Position numbers and translations under genes: made by a program. Below are positions 17,569-26,496 of a stretch of 64,000 nt of DNA, in pieces. The first letter of the stretch is position 1. Every line of letters begins with the position of its first letter. Under the pieces are notes generated by a model, which was not told the DNA's origin, ran no database searches, and saw only the letters and a program-made list of their open reading frames with translations. This stretch comes from a virus. The stretch is taken from the IMG/VR virus record IMGVR_UViG_3300045988_087184, one strand, 5' to 3'.

Positions 17569-17619
17569 AATTCTTCTTGTTTTGGTTATAGTGAGAGGGA
17601 ACTGCCCTCTCTTTTTAGG

Positions 17620-18084
17620 CTACACGCTTACTTTCCACACATCTTTTCGTTTCTTTCCAATGCTCTCTGCGTACTCGACAGCAGAAAGCATTGTAGTTTT
17701 CATCACGTACTCTCCTTGTGGAGAAATTACAAACCAGAAGCCTTCGCTGAACTTGGATTTCTTGAAAGGCTTTGCAATTTGCATCATCTTGCGCTCTATC
17801 AGGCGATTCTGACTTTTTAAGCCAGGCTCATCAAGAACCTTCTTCGACCAATTCTTCTTTGGCTCCATCGCTCTGAATTTTGCGATAAAATTGCCCAATG
17901 CTAATTTTTTCGCCTCTTCCACTGTGTCTGCATCAATCGAGAACTCGTAATGCCGTGGACCTGTGTCATTTCTAAACAGGTAGCTGTACTTCTTGGATTT
18001 GTCTATGCGACCTCCGTGCGACAAACTGTAAACGTCTGCTTTCATAACAATGTCCGTAAGCTCTTGGATTTCTTTCTTTGTCAT
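17620..18084 (-). CDS. hypothetical basic protein upstream of RT
   Basis: 154-aa ORF with the cassette box upstream. Confidence 0.6.
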   Translation of the reverse strand: MTKKEIQELTDIVMKADVYSLSHGGRIDKSKKYSYLFRNDTGPRHYEFSIDADTVEEAKKLALGNFIAKFRAMEPKKNWSKKVLDEPGLKSQNRLIERKMMQIAKPFKKSKFSEGFWFVISPQGEYVMKTTMLSAVEYAESIGKKRKDVWKVSV

Positions 18085-18132
18085 ACTCTTAATATTTTGG
18101 TTAATAGCACGTGGGCGAACCCACGCTTTTGG

Positions 18133-18348
18133 CTAGTCGATGTGCTCGTAAGAATCATCATAGTCAGAGCAGAACTCCTGGTCTGGTTCAATCTCGATGA
18201 CGTTTCCTGTGTAATTTTCTGCATCAAGAACAATGTCGCTATTATCATAGGCATCCTGGACCTTCTGTACTGCCTCTTCCTCGCTCTCAGCATCTACGCT
18301 GACAATCTTGTTTAAAGTCTCTGTGACTGATACGTAATATCTCTTCAT
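18133..18348 (-). CDS. hypothetical acidic protein (71 aa)
   Basis: Start chosen at the ATG preceded by the cassette box. Confidence 0.5.
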   Translation of the reverse strand: MKRYYVSVTETLNKIVSVDAESEEEAVQKVQDAYDNSDIVLDAENYTGNVIEIEPDQEFCSDYDDSYEHID

Positions 18349-18394
18349 AATTCTTAAAATTTGGTTAATAGTACGGAGCCATGACGCTCCGCTT

Positions 18395-18583
18395 TTATGG
18401 CTTGTATTCTTCCTGCTTGATACTGACTGCATCACCGCACATGTAGTATGTACTACTTTCACTGAGGTCGAGTCCGTTTTCTCCGTAGATATACTCCTCA
18501 ATCTGCTCTTCTTCCCATGAATCCGGGCAGTTCTTAATCAATCTTACTTCTGATGTTGAATAATCCAAAATCGCTATATTCAT
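18395..18583 (-). CDS. hypothetical protein (62 aa)
   Basis: ORF with the cassette box upstream. Confidence 0.5.
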   Translation of the reverse strand: MNIAILDYSTSEVRLIKNCPDSWEEEQIEEYIYGENGLDLSESSTYYMCGDAVSIKQEEYKP

Positions 18584-18633
18584 AATCTCATAATTTGTTG
18601 GTTAATAATGTCAGAGGGATTGTTCCCTCCGTT

Positions 18634-18873
18634 TTAGGCATTAAGCCAGGCTTCCTCCGCTTCTTCTGTATGGAGAGTAATAACATCGTTCCATAGCTTT
18701 TCAAGATGATAAAATATTTTCTGAAAGGCAACTGGTGTAGTCGATATATCTACCCTCTTTCCGAGATAAGAACGCATTCCAAACTCATCAAAATCCCACG
18801 TACAACGTATCATTCCGTCTTCTGTAGGCGTACATCCGAGGAATGTGCCATACGTTTGTTTCTGCTCTCTCAT
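18634..18873 (-). CDS. hypothetical protein (79 aa)
   Basis: ORF in the array with a variant cassette box. Confidence 0.5.
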   Translation of the reverse strand: MREQKQTYGTFLGCTPTEDGMIRCTWDFDEFGMRSYLGKRVDISTTPVAFQKIFYHLEKLWNDVITLHTEEAEEAWLNA

Positions 18874-19009
18874 ACGCTTTGGTTACGGGAAATATATACT
18901 CCACGCATCCACATAATCACGAGATTTCTTCCTTGTGTCATGATAAAGTCTTGCTTTCATAATTCTTTGTATTTTGGTTGATAGAAGAGGAGCATGCAAG
19001 CTCCCCTTG

Positions 19010-19831
19010 TTAGGCTGTTTCTTTTAGTTTGATTCCATTCTCTTCGAGAGCGACCTTGATTAGCTCGTCAGAGTCCTCGTAGTACTCTCCCCAGCAGGAA
19101 TCAATCTGCTCCCAGTCGTAGTCGTCCTCCGGCTCACGACCTATTTCCGTGAAGACTTTCTTGTAATGGACTTTCTTCTCTAAGACGAACCACTTGACAT
19201 CTCCCCACATCCAAAGACCTATGCACTTAACCTCATACTCAAATAAGTCCAAGGCTCGCTTTCTCCAGTTTTTTGTATTAGTGTCACAATATTTGAAGAA
19301 ACGCTTCTTGTCGCAGTAGGCATATCCGCTGACATAATCTCCCTGATTGTAGCCAGTAGATGACCACTCGTAGAATGCAATATCCTTGCAGTCATGCAGA
19401 AGATACGTGAAATCGTCCTCTTCAAGGATATCGCAAAGTTCCTCTCTATAGTCGAATCTCTTCAAGTCGCTCGGACAGAACTCTTCGTGGTAGTACCACT
19501 CACCCTCGTACAGATTCTCAAGATACCACATGTGCTCGCTCTTGTCATAGCGCATACGGAAGCTATCGACATTTTCGCTATTGATGTAGTCGATAATCTT
19601 CTTTTGTGACACATATTTGCAGACAAGCTCTTTCAAAGCATCCTCTGCATTTTTAGCGTCAACTTCGCTGCTGCAACCACGAGACAGACCTCTATTGTAT
19701 CCGTAGTCGGAATAGTCCCAGAAGTAAACTCCCACCAAATCCCATTCTGTGCAAGGGCATTCGGCATCCTCATCCTGGTAAATGGTGATTCTGTAATCAC
19801 CGATTTCCTTCTTTGCAAATTCGTAACTCAT
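19010..19831 (-). CDS. hypothetical protein (273 aa)
   Basis: Long ORF with the cassette box upstream. Confidence 0.7.
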   Translation of the reverse strand: MSYEFAKKEIGDYRITIYQDEDAECPCTEWDLVGVYFWDYSDYGYNRGLSRGCSSEVDAKNAEDALKELVCKYVSQKKIIDYINSENVDSFRMRYDKSEHMWYLENLYEGEWYYHEEFCPSDLKRFDYREELCDILEEDDFTYLLHDCKDIAFYEWSSTGYNQGDYVSGYAYCDKKRFFKYCDTNTKNWRKRALDLFEYEVKCIGLWMWGDVKWFVLEKKVHYKKVFTEIGREPEDDYDWEQIDSCWGEYYEDSDELIKVALEENGIKLKETA

Positions 19832-19887
19832 AATCTAATCTCATTTAAATGGTTAAACATTGAATATCCCCATGCTAGGGGATATTG

Positions 19888-20427
19888 TTAGGCTTCCTCA
19901 TAATCTTCCTCCATCATGGAGTGAACCTCTTCAAGGTAATTGCCGAAATTGTACTTGATGTTGTACGTGCCGAACGCCTTGAAATACCATTCTTCGAGAT
20001 ATTCTCTGTCCTTGCTAGCCTGCTCGCTGCCTTCTGCGGCATCAAGTCTGGCTACCATCTGAGGGTAAAAATCGTAGTAATCGTCGCCATCGTAGTCCGT
20101 CGCCCAGAACGTACCTGTAACGTGTCTGGGATAATCGTTGTACAGATTTGCAAAATTACCATCCATGCGCTGGTCGTTAAGATGGAGATATTTCTTCATC
20201 TCTCTGTTTACCTTGTGAGTAAACTCCCATGCAAGGGACTGGATATTCTCTCTAAGCATATCTGCAATGTATTCTTCCAGATCTTCTGCGTCATCGAATT
20301 CCTCAAGACACTCACGATATAGTTCCTCGATAGTCTTGGCAAAACTTGCCACACCGATATAATCGGCTATTTTCTCGATAACTTCACCCTTGTTGTTCAT
20401 AACAACTTCTACAATATTCTTTTCCAT
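19888..20427 (-). CDS. hypothetical highly acidic protein
   Basis: 179-aa ORF with the cassette box upstream. D/E-rich. Confidence 0.6.
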   Translation of the reverse strand: MEKNIVEVVMNNKGEVIEKIADYIGVASFAKTIEELYRECLEEFDDAEDLEEYIADMLRENIQSLAWEFTHKVNREMKKYLHLNDQRMDGNFANLYNDYPRHVTGTFWATDYDGDDYYDFYPQMVARLDAAEGSEQASKDREYLEEWYFKAFGTYNIKYNFGNYLEEVHSMMEEDYEEA

Positions 20428-20475
20428 AATTCATCTGTTTAATGGTTCTTAATGGTTCCCTCCGAAGAGGGATTT

Positions 20476-20715
20476 TTAGCTGATTAAACTCTCATTGAGC
20501 GTGTACGTATCAATGTCGTACTCGTAATCGGTTTCGTCGGTACACTGGGATTGATGGCGGTAACCGCGCAAATCCTCAATCTGCTCTTTTGTTGCTCCGT
20601 CGTCCTTGGCTACCTTACAACATCTTCTGATACTACCTGCTACAACAAGTAATTCGCGGCTTCCGTATGTATTCCATTTGTCTGTGCGATAGAGCGCATA
20701 AATTTTCTTTGCCAT
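20476..20715 (-). CDS. hypothetical protein (79 aa)
   Basis: Start chosen at the ATG preceded by the cassette box. Confidence 0.5.
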   Translation of the reverse strand: MAKKIYALYRTDKWNTYGSRELLVVAGSIRRCCKVAKDDGATKEQIEDLRGYRHQSQCTDETDYEYDIDTYTLNESLIS

Positions 20716-20767
20716 AATTCTATTTTTAAATGGTTCATAATGGTTCCCCACATTATCGTGGGGAGTT

Positions 20768-21007
20768 TTAGTCAAACAAGATACTGTCGCCATAATTTCT
20801 GTAGAAATAGTTGTGCGCTTCAAGCTCGTCAGTTTCAGGAACGTCTGATATTTCAAGCTTGCCTGTATTCTTGTGTACTTCGGCAATGGAAAATGTATTG
20901 TCGTGCGTCCATTTGATGAGATCAACACGCCTTACCTCGTTCTCTGCTGAATTTACAATTTCACACTTCAGCAAATCGTCATTCAGGATTTTCTCTAATT
21001 CACTCAT
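20768..21007 (-). CDS. hypothetical protein (79 aa)
   Basis: ORF in the array. Confidence 0.5.
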   Translation of the reverse strand: MSELEKILNDDLLKCEIVNSAENEVRRVDLIKWTHDNTFSIAEVHKNTGKLEISDVPETDELEAHNYFYRNYGDSILFD

Positions 21008-21016
21008 AATTATAGA

Positions 21017-21172
21017 TTAATTATAGTTACACATTATTTCTGTCTCACTGGTAATTTCTGCACAATACTTGCAGCGATGGCACATTATATAGCCTTTTGC
21101 CAGTAATTTGCTGAACTTCGGGTATGAGCATTTCTCGCCCATGCCAGCTCTCGTAATCTCAATTTTCTTCAT
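21017..21172 (-). CDS. small Cys-rich (CxxC) protein (51 aa)
   Basis: Found by manual translation: MKKIEITRAGMGEKCSYPKF..CHRCKYC... Cassette box upstream. Confidence 0.4.
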   Translation of the reverse strand: MKKIEITRAGMGEKCSYPKFSKLLAKGYIMCHRCKYCAEITSETEIMCNYN

Positions 21173-21231
21173 ATTTCAATCTGTATTGGTTAATAGAAAT
21201 CCCCACCCGTGAGAGTGAGGATTGATTTGGC

Positions 21232-21435
21232 TTAATACAGACAAGCTCTGAAACAAAGCTTGTCGCTTATCACACCATCTTTCTGCAATCCGTCCTTCCA
21301 GTCATTGAAAGTCATGTTCAAGTCAAGGTTGAACTTTGTCTTCTTGCCAGTGTAGTCGATGCCACACTCGTCACAAAACTCCCAGAATGCCTTTCTCAGC
21401 TCATTCTGGTTCGTGTACTGAAATTTATTTGCCAT
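21232..21435 (-). CDS. hypothetical protein (67 aa)
   Basis: ORF with the cassette box upstream. Confidence 0.5.
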   Translation of the reverse strand: MANKFQYTNQNELRKAFWEFCDECGIDYTGKKTKFNLDLNMTFNDWKDGLQKDGVISDKLCFRACLY

Positions 21436-21506
21436 AATTCAAATAATTTATCTGGTTAAACAATAGAAGGCACGCTCATACATGGGCGCACCTTTTTAGG
21501 CAAATA

Positions 21507-21776
21507 CTACTCTTCTTCATCTTCATCTTCATCTTCATCCTCTTCTTCATTGTCTTCTTCGTCAAGACAATAATAGCTGTCAAGCTCATCTGTGCCGGAG
21601 TAGCTTTCATCTTTACACTGCTCGTAACTGCGTAGTCCTGTCTTGGCATAAATAATGTCTGTCATCGTTTCCTCGTTCAAGCCATTTATATACGTGACAA
21701 GTCTAACCTCGTCCTCTGTGGCGATATTGTTATCAACAATGAAATCCCACAGCATAGCCTCAATACTTTCTTCCAT
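21507..21776 (-). CDS. hypothetical protein with poly-acidic tail
   Basis: 89 aa, ending in EEDNEEEDEDEDEDEEE. Confidence 0.5.
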   Translation of the reverse strand: MEESIEAMLWDFIVDNNIATEDEVRLVTYINGLNEETMTDIIYAKTGLRSYEQCKDESYSGTDELDSYYCLDEEDNEEEDEDEDEDEEE

Positions 21777-21835
21777 ATCCTTTGAATATTTAGTTAATAA
21801 TAGCTCCTACGTGTCTCCACGCAGGATTTTTTGGT

Positions 21836-22159
21836 TTAGCGCTCCTCTACTTTCACGCTCACAGCATAAGGCAGGTTATCTCTGTCAACCTCCTCCCATT
21901 CATACTCAACGATTGTGCTCATGTATCTGTTCTCCATCTTGTGAATGGCGCCATCTATAGTTCTCTTACTGATGGTGCATCTCGTTTTCTCGACCTTGAA
22001 CTTGACGTGAGCCATGTATCCGTCATTAGTGAACTCAACGAGTCCTTCTCTTCTCGCAACTGCCACACATCCGTGGAATGCGTTAATGAATACGTACTTT
22101 TCTCCATCGAAATACACGTCAACGCGCGTATTGTTCTCTGTTCTCTTTATATACTCCAT
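21836..22159 (-). CDS. hypothetical protein (107 aa)
   Basis: ORF in the array. Confidence 0.55.
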   Translation of the reverse strand: MEYIKRTENNTRVDVYFDGEKYVFINAFHGCVAVARREGLVEFTNDGYMAHVKFKVEKTRCTISKRTIDGAIHKMENRYMSTIVEYEWEEVDRDNLPYAVSVKVEER

Positions 22160-22219
22160 ATCTATTCTATTTTTAGTTCAACATGGTTTCTGTGCAGATA
22201 GACTGCACAGAATGTTTGG

Positions 22220-22396
22220 CTAAAATCTGCGAGGGCGCATGTACGCACGCTCAATCTCCTGAGCTTTCTTGTCCACACGAGCGGCACGCCTGTAATACTC
22301 GCTCTTGTCGAGATTCTTTCTTTTACACTCTTCACTTATAACCGCCTTGTGGCTCGCTACGAGCCTTGCAAGGAACTTTTTGTCTTCTTCTGACAT
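22220..22396 (-). CDS. hypothetical protein (58 aa)
   Basis: Start chosen at the ATG preceded by the cassette box. Confidence 0.45.
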   Translation of the reverse strand: MSEEDKKFLARLVASHKAVISEECKRKNLDKSEYYRRAARVDKKAQEIERAYMRPRRF

Positions 22397-22439
22397 ATTC
22401 TGAATTTTATTGGTTGATAATTGGAGGCGTAGCAAATAA

Positions 22440-22604
22440 CTACGCCGGGTCTGGTCTAAAGCTGTACGTTAGAAGCCACTCACAATTTAAGGCACTTTGG
22501 AATTCCATTGCGGCTCTCTCTCCCCATCCTTGTGGTTTGTACGCGTCTTCTTTCAAATACTTCTCTACAAGCTTCTCTAGCTGAGTCTTTTCTTCTGCTG
22601 TCAT
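22440..22604 (-). CDS. hypothetical protein (54 aa)
   Basis: Start chosen at the ATG preceded by the cassette box. Confidence 0.45.
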   Translation of the reverse strand: MTAEEKTQLEKLVEKYLKEDAYKPQGWGERAAMEFQSALNCEWLLTYSFRPDPA

Positions 22605-22662
22605 AATATATTCTGTTTTGGTTAATAGCAGGCAGCACATTATCGTACTGCCAAGTTCTGGC

Positions 22663-22932
22663 TCAGAGATTGTACAACGGACTTTCGGAAGCATTCAGGA
22701 TAGAACTGCCGGTGAGAATGGAGAATGCACAGGGATCAAAATCATCGAAATTCTTCATCCTCTCAATTTTCTGCCGTATCGCAGCACGTATCGACGGCAT
22801 ATTCCATCTGCCGTCGATACGCATGACAGAATCCATGCCAACCATCTCTACGGTTTCTTCTTCATCCGTAAATCTCATGTTCACAAGGTCAAACTTGTTA
22901 ATCTTGTGGTAAAATTGTACCCATTTACTCAT
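22663..22932 (-). CDS. hypothetical protein (89 aa)
   Basis: ORF with the cassette box upstream. Confidence 0.5.
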   Translation of the reverse strand: MSKWVQFYHKINKFDLVNMRFTDEEETVEMVGMDSVMRIDGRWNMPSIRAAIRQKIERMKNFDDFDPCAFSILTGSSILNASESPLYNL

Positions 22933-23007
22933 AATTCTACATTTTTGGTTTGTAGGAGAGGGAGATGAAACTCCCTCATTTTTCAGGCTGTGTGATCAGC
23001 GTAAAAG

Positions 23008-23298
23008 CTATGAGGCCTGGTATAAGACGAGAAAATTCAAAAGCTTCCCGTACTCGAAATCTATATTCTCACGGCTGTCGTATACGCACAAATGTACAAA
23101 AATGTTGTCCTGCATCTCGCCACCCTTCATAATAGCGGCATACGCCGTGACGTATTCCCCATTTGGACCGACGCTTACATTTATTGTCAAATACTCGTCA
23201 CCGAACAAATCACGCTGCATCCCCTGCAATTTAGGCAGGATTACGTTACGCAGATAATTTCTCTTTTCTTCCCATTTAGTATTCTCTAGTTTCTTCAT
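23008..23298 (-). CDS. hypothetical protein (96 aa)
   Basis: ORF with the cassette box upstream. Confidence 0.5.
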   Translation of the reverse strand: MKKLENTKWEEKRNYLRNVILPKLQGMQRDLFGDEYLTINVSVGPNGEYVTAYAAIMKGGEMQDNIFVHLCVYDSRENIDFEYGKLLNFLVLYQAS

Positions 23299-23349
23299 AA
23301 TCTATAATTTTTGGTGAATAGCATGCGTGACAATATCGCCACGCACATT

Positions 23350-23526
23350 TTAGCTCATGCACAGCACCGCTATCTCAGAGAAGCTCTTGGAGATAGCCTC
23401 CTTGCTACGATAATCTCTGTAGCCCTTAGTATTGTTGTTGTGCCACTGGCGTGCAGCAATTTTAATTTTCTCCATCTCATGGAGCAACGCACGCTCAAAG
23501 TTTTTCTGTGATTTTCTGTCTTGCAT
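23350..23526 (-). CDS. hypothetical protein (58 aa)
   Basis: Start chosen at the ATG preceded by the cassette box. Confidence 0.45.
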   Translation of the reverse strand: MQDRKSQKNFERALLHEMEKIKIAARQWHNNNTKGYRDYRSKEAISKSFSEIAVLCMS

Positions 23527-23588
23527 AATTCTTCCGTTTAAATGGTTTAACATAGTATGCCCAGGAAAATGCCTGAGCACATTTTTGG

Positions 23589-23927
23589 CTAGCCCTGCTC
23601 GTATTTGTTCAGCAGGAAAATCAGAATACAGCCGTCTCCGTTCATGAGCATCTGACATTTGTCCTCATCTGTAATGATGTGGGCGCAATTCTTTGCAAAC
23701 ATAGGAAACGGCTCATCCTCCATCTCGTCATGATATACAGCCAGGTATGTTCCCGGCAGCAGAGGACGTGAATCCTCAGGATCGCCGCCGAACTCATCGC
23801 ACGCCTGTATAGGACATAGAACTCTTTGGATAGATGTGTGTGTACACATATCTTCCTCGCAGTCCATGCCCATCATGATATCAATTAACTCACACTTGCT
23901 TAATTCCTTTGTAATTGTCTTGTACAT
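23589..23927 (-). CDS. hypothetical Cys-rich acidic protein (112 aa)
   Basis: Start chosen at the ATG preceded by the cassette box. Confidence 0.5.
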   Translation of the reverse strand: MYKTITKELSKCELIDIMMGMDCEEDMCTHTSIQRVLCPIQACDEFGGDPEDSRPLLPGTYLAVYHDEMEDEPFPMFAKNCAHIITDEDKCQMLMNGDGCILIFLLNKYEQG

Positions 23928-24067
23928 ATTCTCAATATTTTTGGTTAATAGAAGAGAGGAGCGGAAACTCCTCTCAGATTTGGCATAATTCAAAAATTTT
24001 GGTTTAAGAGGGGCAATGTTTTTTCGTTCCGTATTGGGCATGTGGCGCCATCACCACGCTAGATTAA

Positions 24068-24265
24068 TTACTTCTTAAGACCTACGTACATTATCGTACT
24101 CTCGGTGCGTGGATTGTTACCAAGCTCTGAAATCTCATTAGCCTGGTTTATAACCGTCTTTCTCAGCATCACGTTTGCTCTGTGACAATTATACAGAGTA
24201 ACAGATACTACACACAATGCAACACACACTACGGCAAATAATGCCACGAAAATTCTCTGTTTCAT
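24068..24265 (-). CDS. small membrane protein (65 aa)
   Basis: TM helix IFVALFAVVCVALCVVSVTLY. Cassette box upstream. Confidence 0.5.
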   Translation of the reverse strand: MKQRIFVALFAVVCVALCVVSVTLYNCHRANVMLRKTVINQANEISELGNNPRTESTIMYVGLKK

Positions 24266-24288
24266 AATTCTGTAATTTAATTGGTTAT

Positions 24289-24654
24289 ATTATCGTACTG
24301 CCTGGATTTCTCCAAGCAGAATTTAGCTAAATGTTTCCAAGCACAATTTTCGTACTTTCTAGATTTACGAAACTCCAGGCAGTATGAAATTCTCCAAGCG
24401 GAGTGTAGATCGCCACAGCTCGCGGAAATACCACTTGCCAATTATCGTACTGCTCCAGAATATTCCAAGCACAATTCCCCAAAATATTCCAAGCAGAATT
24501 ACGATAATATTCGTACTTGCTAGCATAACAAATGCCGGCACACTCTGAATAAATCCCAGCACAATTATCGTACTTGAATAAATAATCTGTCTTGCTTTCA
24601 TATCTATATTTTATTGGTAATTGCTCCGTAGCCACGCACGACAATTATCGTACT
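24289..24654. repeat. cluster of ATTATCGTACT and CCAAGCA(C/G)AATT repeats
   Basis: Exact 11-mers at 24289, 24441, 24564 and 24644, and also at 22638 and 24090. Degenerate copies at about 24345 and 24508. Confidence 0.7.
24365..24601 (-). CDS. small hydrophobic protein with internal repeats (78 aa)
   Basis: LGIFWGIVLGIFW repeats mirror the DNA repeats. A variant cassette box is upstream. Coding status is uncertain. Confidence 0.4.
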   Translation of the reverse strand: MKARQIIYSSTIIVLGFIQSVPAFVMLASTNIIVILLGIFWGIVLGIFWSSTIIGKWYFRELWRSTLRLENFILPGVS

Positions 24655-24665
24655 GGCTACGGATT

Positions 24666-24794
24666 TTAGGCTAGGAAGAGACTGAGAATATCATTTTTCC
24701 ATGAGATAAACTCCACACGGGCGTATATGGTTTGCCTGTCGGCAATGATACGCTCCATCATTCTCTGTCCCCTGCAATCGAAATTGTATATCAT
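24666..24794 (-). CDS. small hypothetical protein (42 aa)
   Basis: Found by manual translation, with the cassette box upstream. Confidence 0.3.
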   Translation of the reverse strand: MIYNFDCRGQRMMERIIADRQTIYARVEFISWKNDILSLFLA

Positions 24795-24848
24795 AATTCT
24801 AATAATTTTGGTTATTCGTTCCCTACAAGCGTAGGGATTTTTTAGGCG

Positions 24849-25028
24849 TTAAAACCATCTGTCACGAATATACAGAATGGTATTCTTAATCACTCCCATG
24901 TAAGGCTCTCTTGCATCGAAGCACATGTTAGCAAACTCAGCACGGGTAATCCAACCCATGTTGTACTGATTAACTGCGTTGTCCAACTCTGAGCGCATAG
25001 CCCACAAATTTACATTAATTCCGTTCAT
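24849..25028 (-). CDS. small hypothetical protein (59 aa)
   Basis: Found by manual translation: MNGINVNLWAMRSELDNAVNQY... Cassette box upstream. Confidence 0.4.
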   Translation of the reverse strand: MNGINVNLWAMRSELDNAVNQYNMGWITRAEFANMCFDAREPYMGVIKNTILYIRDRWF

Positions 25029-25243
25029 AATCTAAAATATTTAAATGGTTGATAATTGTAGAGCGGTGAGTAATCACCGCCCCGTTAGCCAGGATGTGCA
25101 TCTTTGCACCACGTTTTATCATTATTGTCTTAACTACGTGGCTCACACCCTACAGATTTTATGCTTCTGCCAGCAGCTTGTTTATTTCTGAGGAGATAAA
25201 TCTCGCACGGATGACAAGCAACCGATTCCAGAAAGTGTGTTTT

Positions 25244-25283
25244 ATATTCGCCAGCCCACACTTTAAAAACTCTGGGCGAATAT
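25244..25283. other. strong inverted repeat
   Basis: ATATTCGCC pairs with GGCGAATAT (9 bp, plus 2 more after a bulge), with a ~17-nt loop. Confidence 0.5.
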
Positions 25284-25761
25284 GATGTGTAGGAAAATCC
25301 CTACAACGGAAACCACTCCACGTGCCATCCAACACGCAGCCTTTCAGGATATCTCGTATCCCTTAACCCGCAGCCAACGGGATAGAATATGAATTATGAT
25401 TTCTTTCTAAAACTCTCATCTCGCTAGATGATACAAATTCCCTAGCCGTCGTGCCGTCTCATCTCATTCGACGCTCACGCCAGGAATTTTTGCGTATCTC
25501 TCGGATGGATGTCTCTGAGTAACACGTTACTCTCTCCCATCTCGGTGTGCCTCTCGCACTCTCGATTTGCCGAGATACTTCTCTTGAATTTTGGCAATTA
25601 GTCCCCTGAGGGAGAATAAATTCTCTCTCTAAGGTTAAGCCCACACACCACGACAAGGTTTCCAAAATCGTGTGGGAAAAATAAGGATACAGTGACCCGC
25701 TCCAAGTTGAAAAACCTGGAGTAAAATTTCCCACTGGCTACCGGTCAGATAGTCAGCGGGA

Positions 25762-25799
25762 AAATAGATAGCTAGACCTTTTTTCTAGCTACCTATTTT
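25762..25799. terminator. bidirectional-type terminator after the 25807 gene
   Basis: AAATAGATAGCTAGA pairs with TCTAGCTACCTATTT. The single mismatch is a G-U pair on the minus strand. The arms carry A and T runs. Confidence 0.55.
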
Positions 25800-25806
25800 G
25801 TGTTAC

Positions 25807-26334
25807 TTACTTTTGCGCTGCTGCTAACTTTGCTTGCAACTCTGCAATTTGTTTCTGCAAATCAGAGATAGACTCCGTCTTCTTCTTTGCTACCTTTGCG
25901 CCGTCCGTAAATTTGTGGTGCAAATCTGATAACTTACTACCTAAACGCTGCAAACTATCAATAATGCTAGTTTGCTTGTCTTTGCCGTTGTCATCAAACC
26001 ACGAAAAGAAATTCGGTAAATTGTGGTTTCGTGAAAACTCGCTAACCGCAGTGCGTACGCACTCAGTTTGCAAATTGCAGTACGAACTATCAGATAGCAC
26101 ATAATTTGTTGCTAACTTGTTGTACTTTGCACGTGCATTCTCAAGTTCTTTCTTTGCATTTACTAGCTCATTGTCTGTAGCTTCTGCAAGTAATTTCTTG
26201 CGATAGCTATTTAATACGTCTAGACTCTGTGCTAAAACCGCACTTTTCTTGCACTCGTTAACATACGTTGCAACCTTTGTGCTCGTGTGGTCGTAGCCCT
26301 GTGCACCTTTGGTTTCTAAATCTTCTTTCTTCAT
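25807..26334 (-). CDS. hypothetical coiled-coil protein (175 aa)
   Basis: ORF downstream of the predicted leftward promoter. Confidence 0.65.
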   Translation of the reverse strand: MKKEDLETKGAQGYDHTSTKVATYVNECKKSAVLAQSLDVLNSYRKKLLAEATDNELVNAKKELENARAKYNKLATNYVLSDSSYCNLQTECVRTAVSEFSRNHNLPNFFSWFDDNGKDKQTSIIDSLQRLGSKLSDLHHKFTDGAKVAKKKTESISDLQKQIAELQAKLAAAQK

Positions 26335-26373
26335 AACGTAATTCTGTTTAAATGTTACTTAATCTAAAAATAC

Positions 26374-26404
26374 TTTGTGGTGTGCTAGAAAAGCACTACC
26401 TTTG
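26374..26404 (+). promoter_or_regulatory. rightward Bacteroidota-type promoter
   Basis: TTTG (26374-26377), a 19-nt spacer, then TACCTTTG (26397-26404). Confidence 0.55.
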
Positions 26405-26496
26405 CAAAGTCCTATCTTCATAACATAGGACTCTGTTTAAAAATTAGATAGTTATTGCTTGCGATAAGTAGTAACTATCTTTCTTTTTATCTACTG

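Larger units (their letters stand above)
7385..25080 (-). repeat. iterated intergenic cassette (~30 copies)
   Basis: Coding-strand consensus: GCC(A/T)AAAA, a GC hairpin, CTATTAACCAAAAT..AGAATT, then ATG. It precedes about 30 of the 35 genes, e.g. at 17569-17619, 18085-18132 and 18349-18394. Confidence 0.8.

Noticed and set aside
24327-24644. 105-aa ORF overlapping the repeat cluster
   Set aside because: It lacks the cassette start context and its sequence is dominated by translated DNA repeats. The 24365-24601 frame has the cassette-type start, though even that CDS is uncertain.
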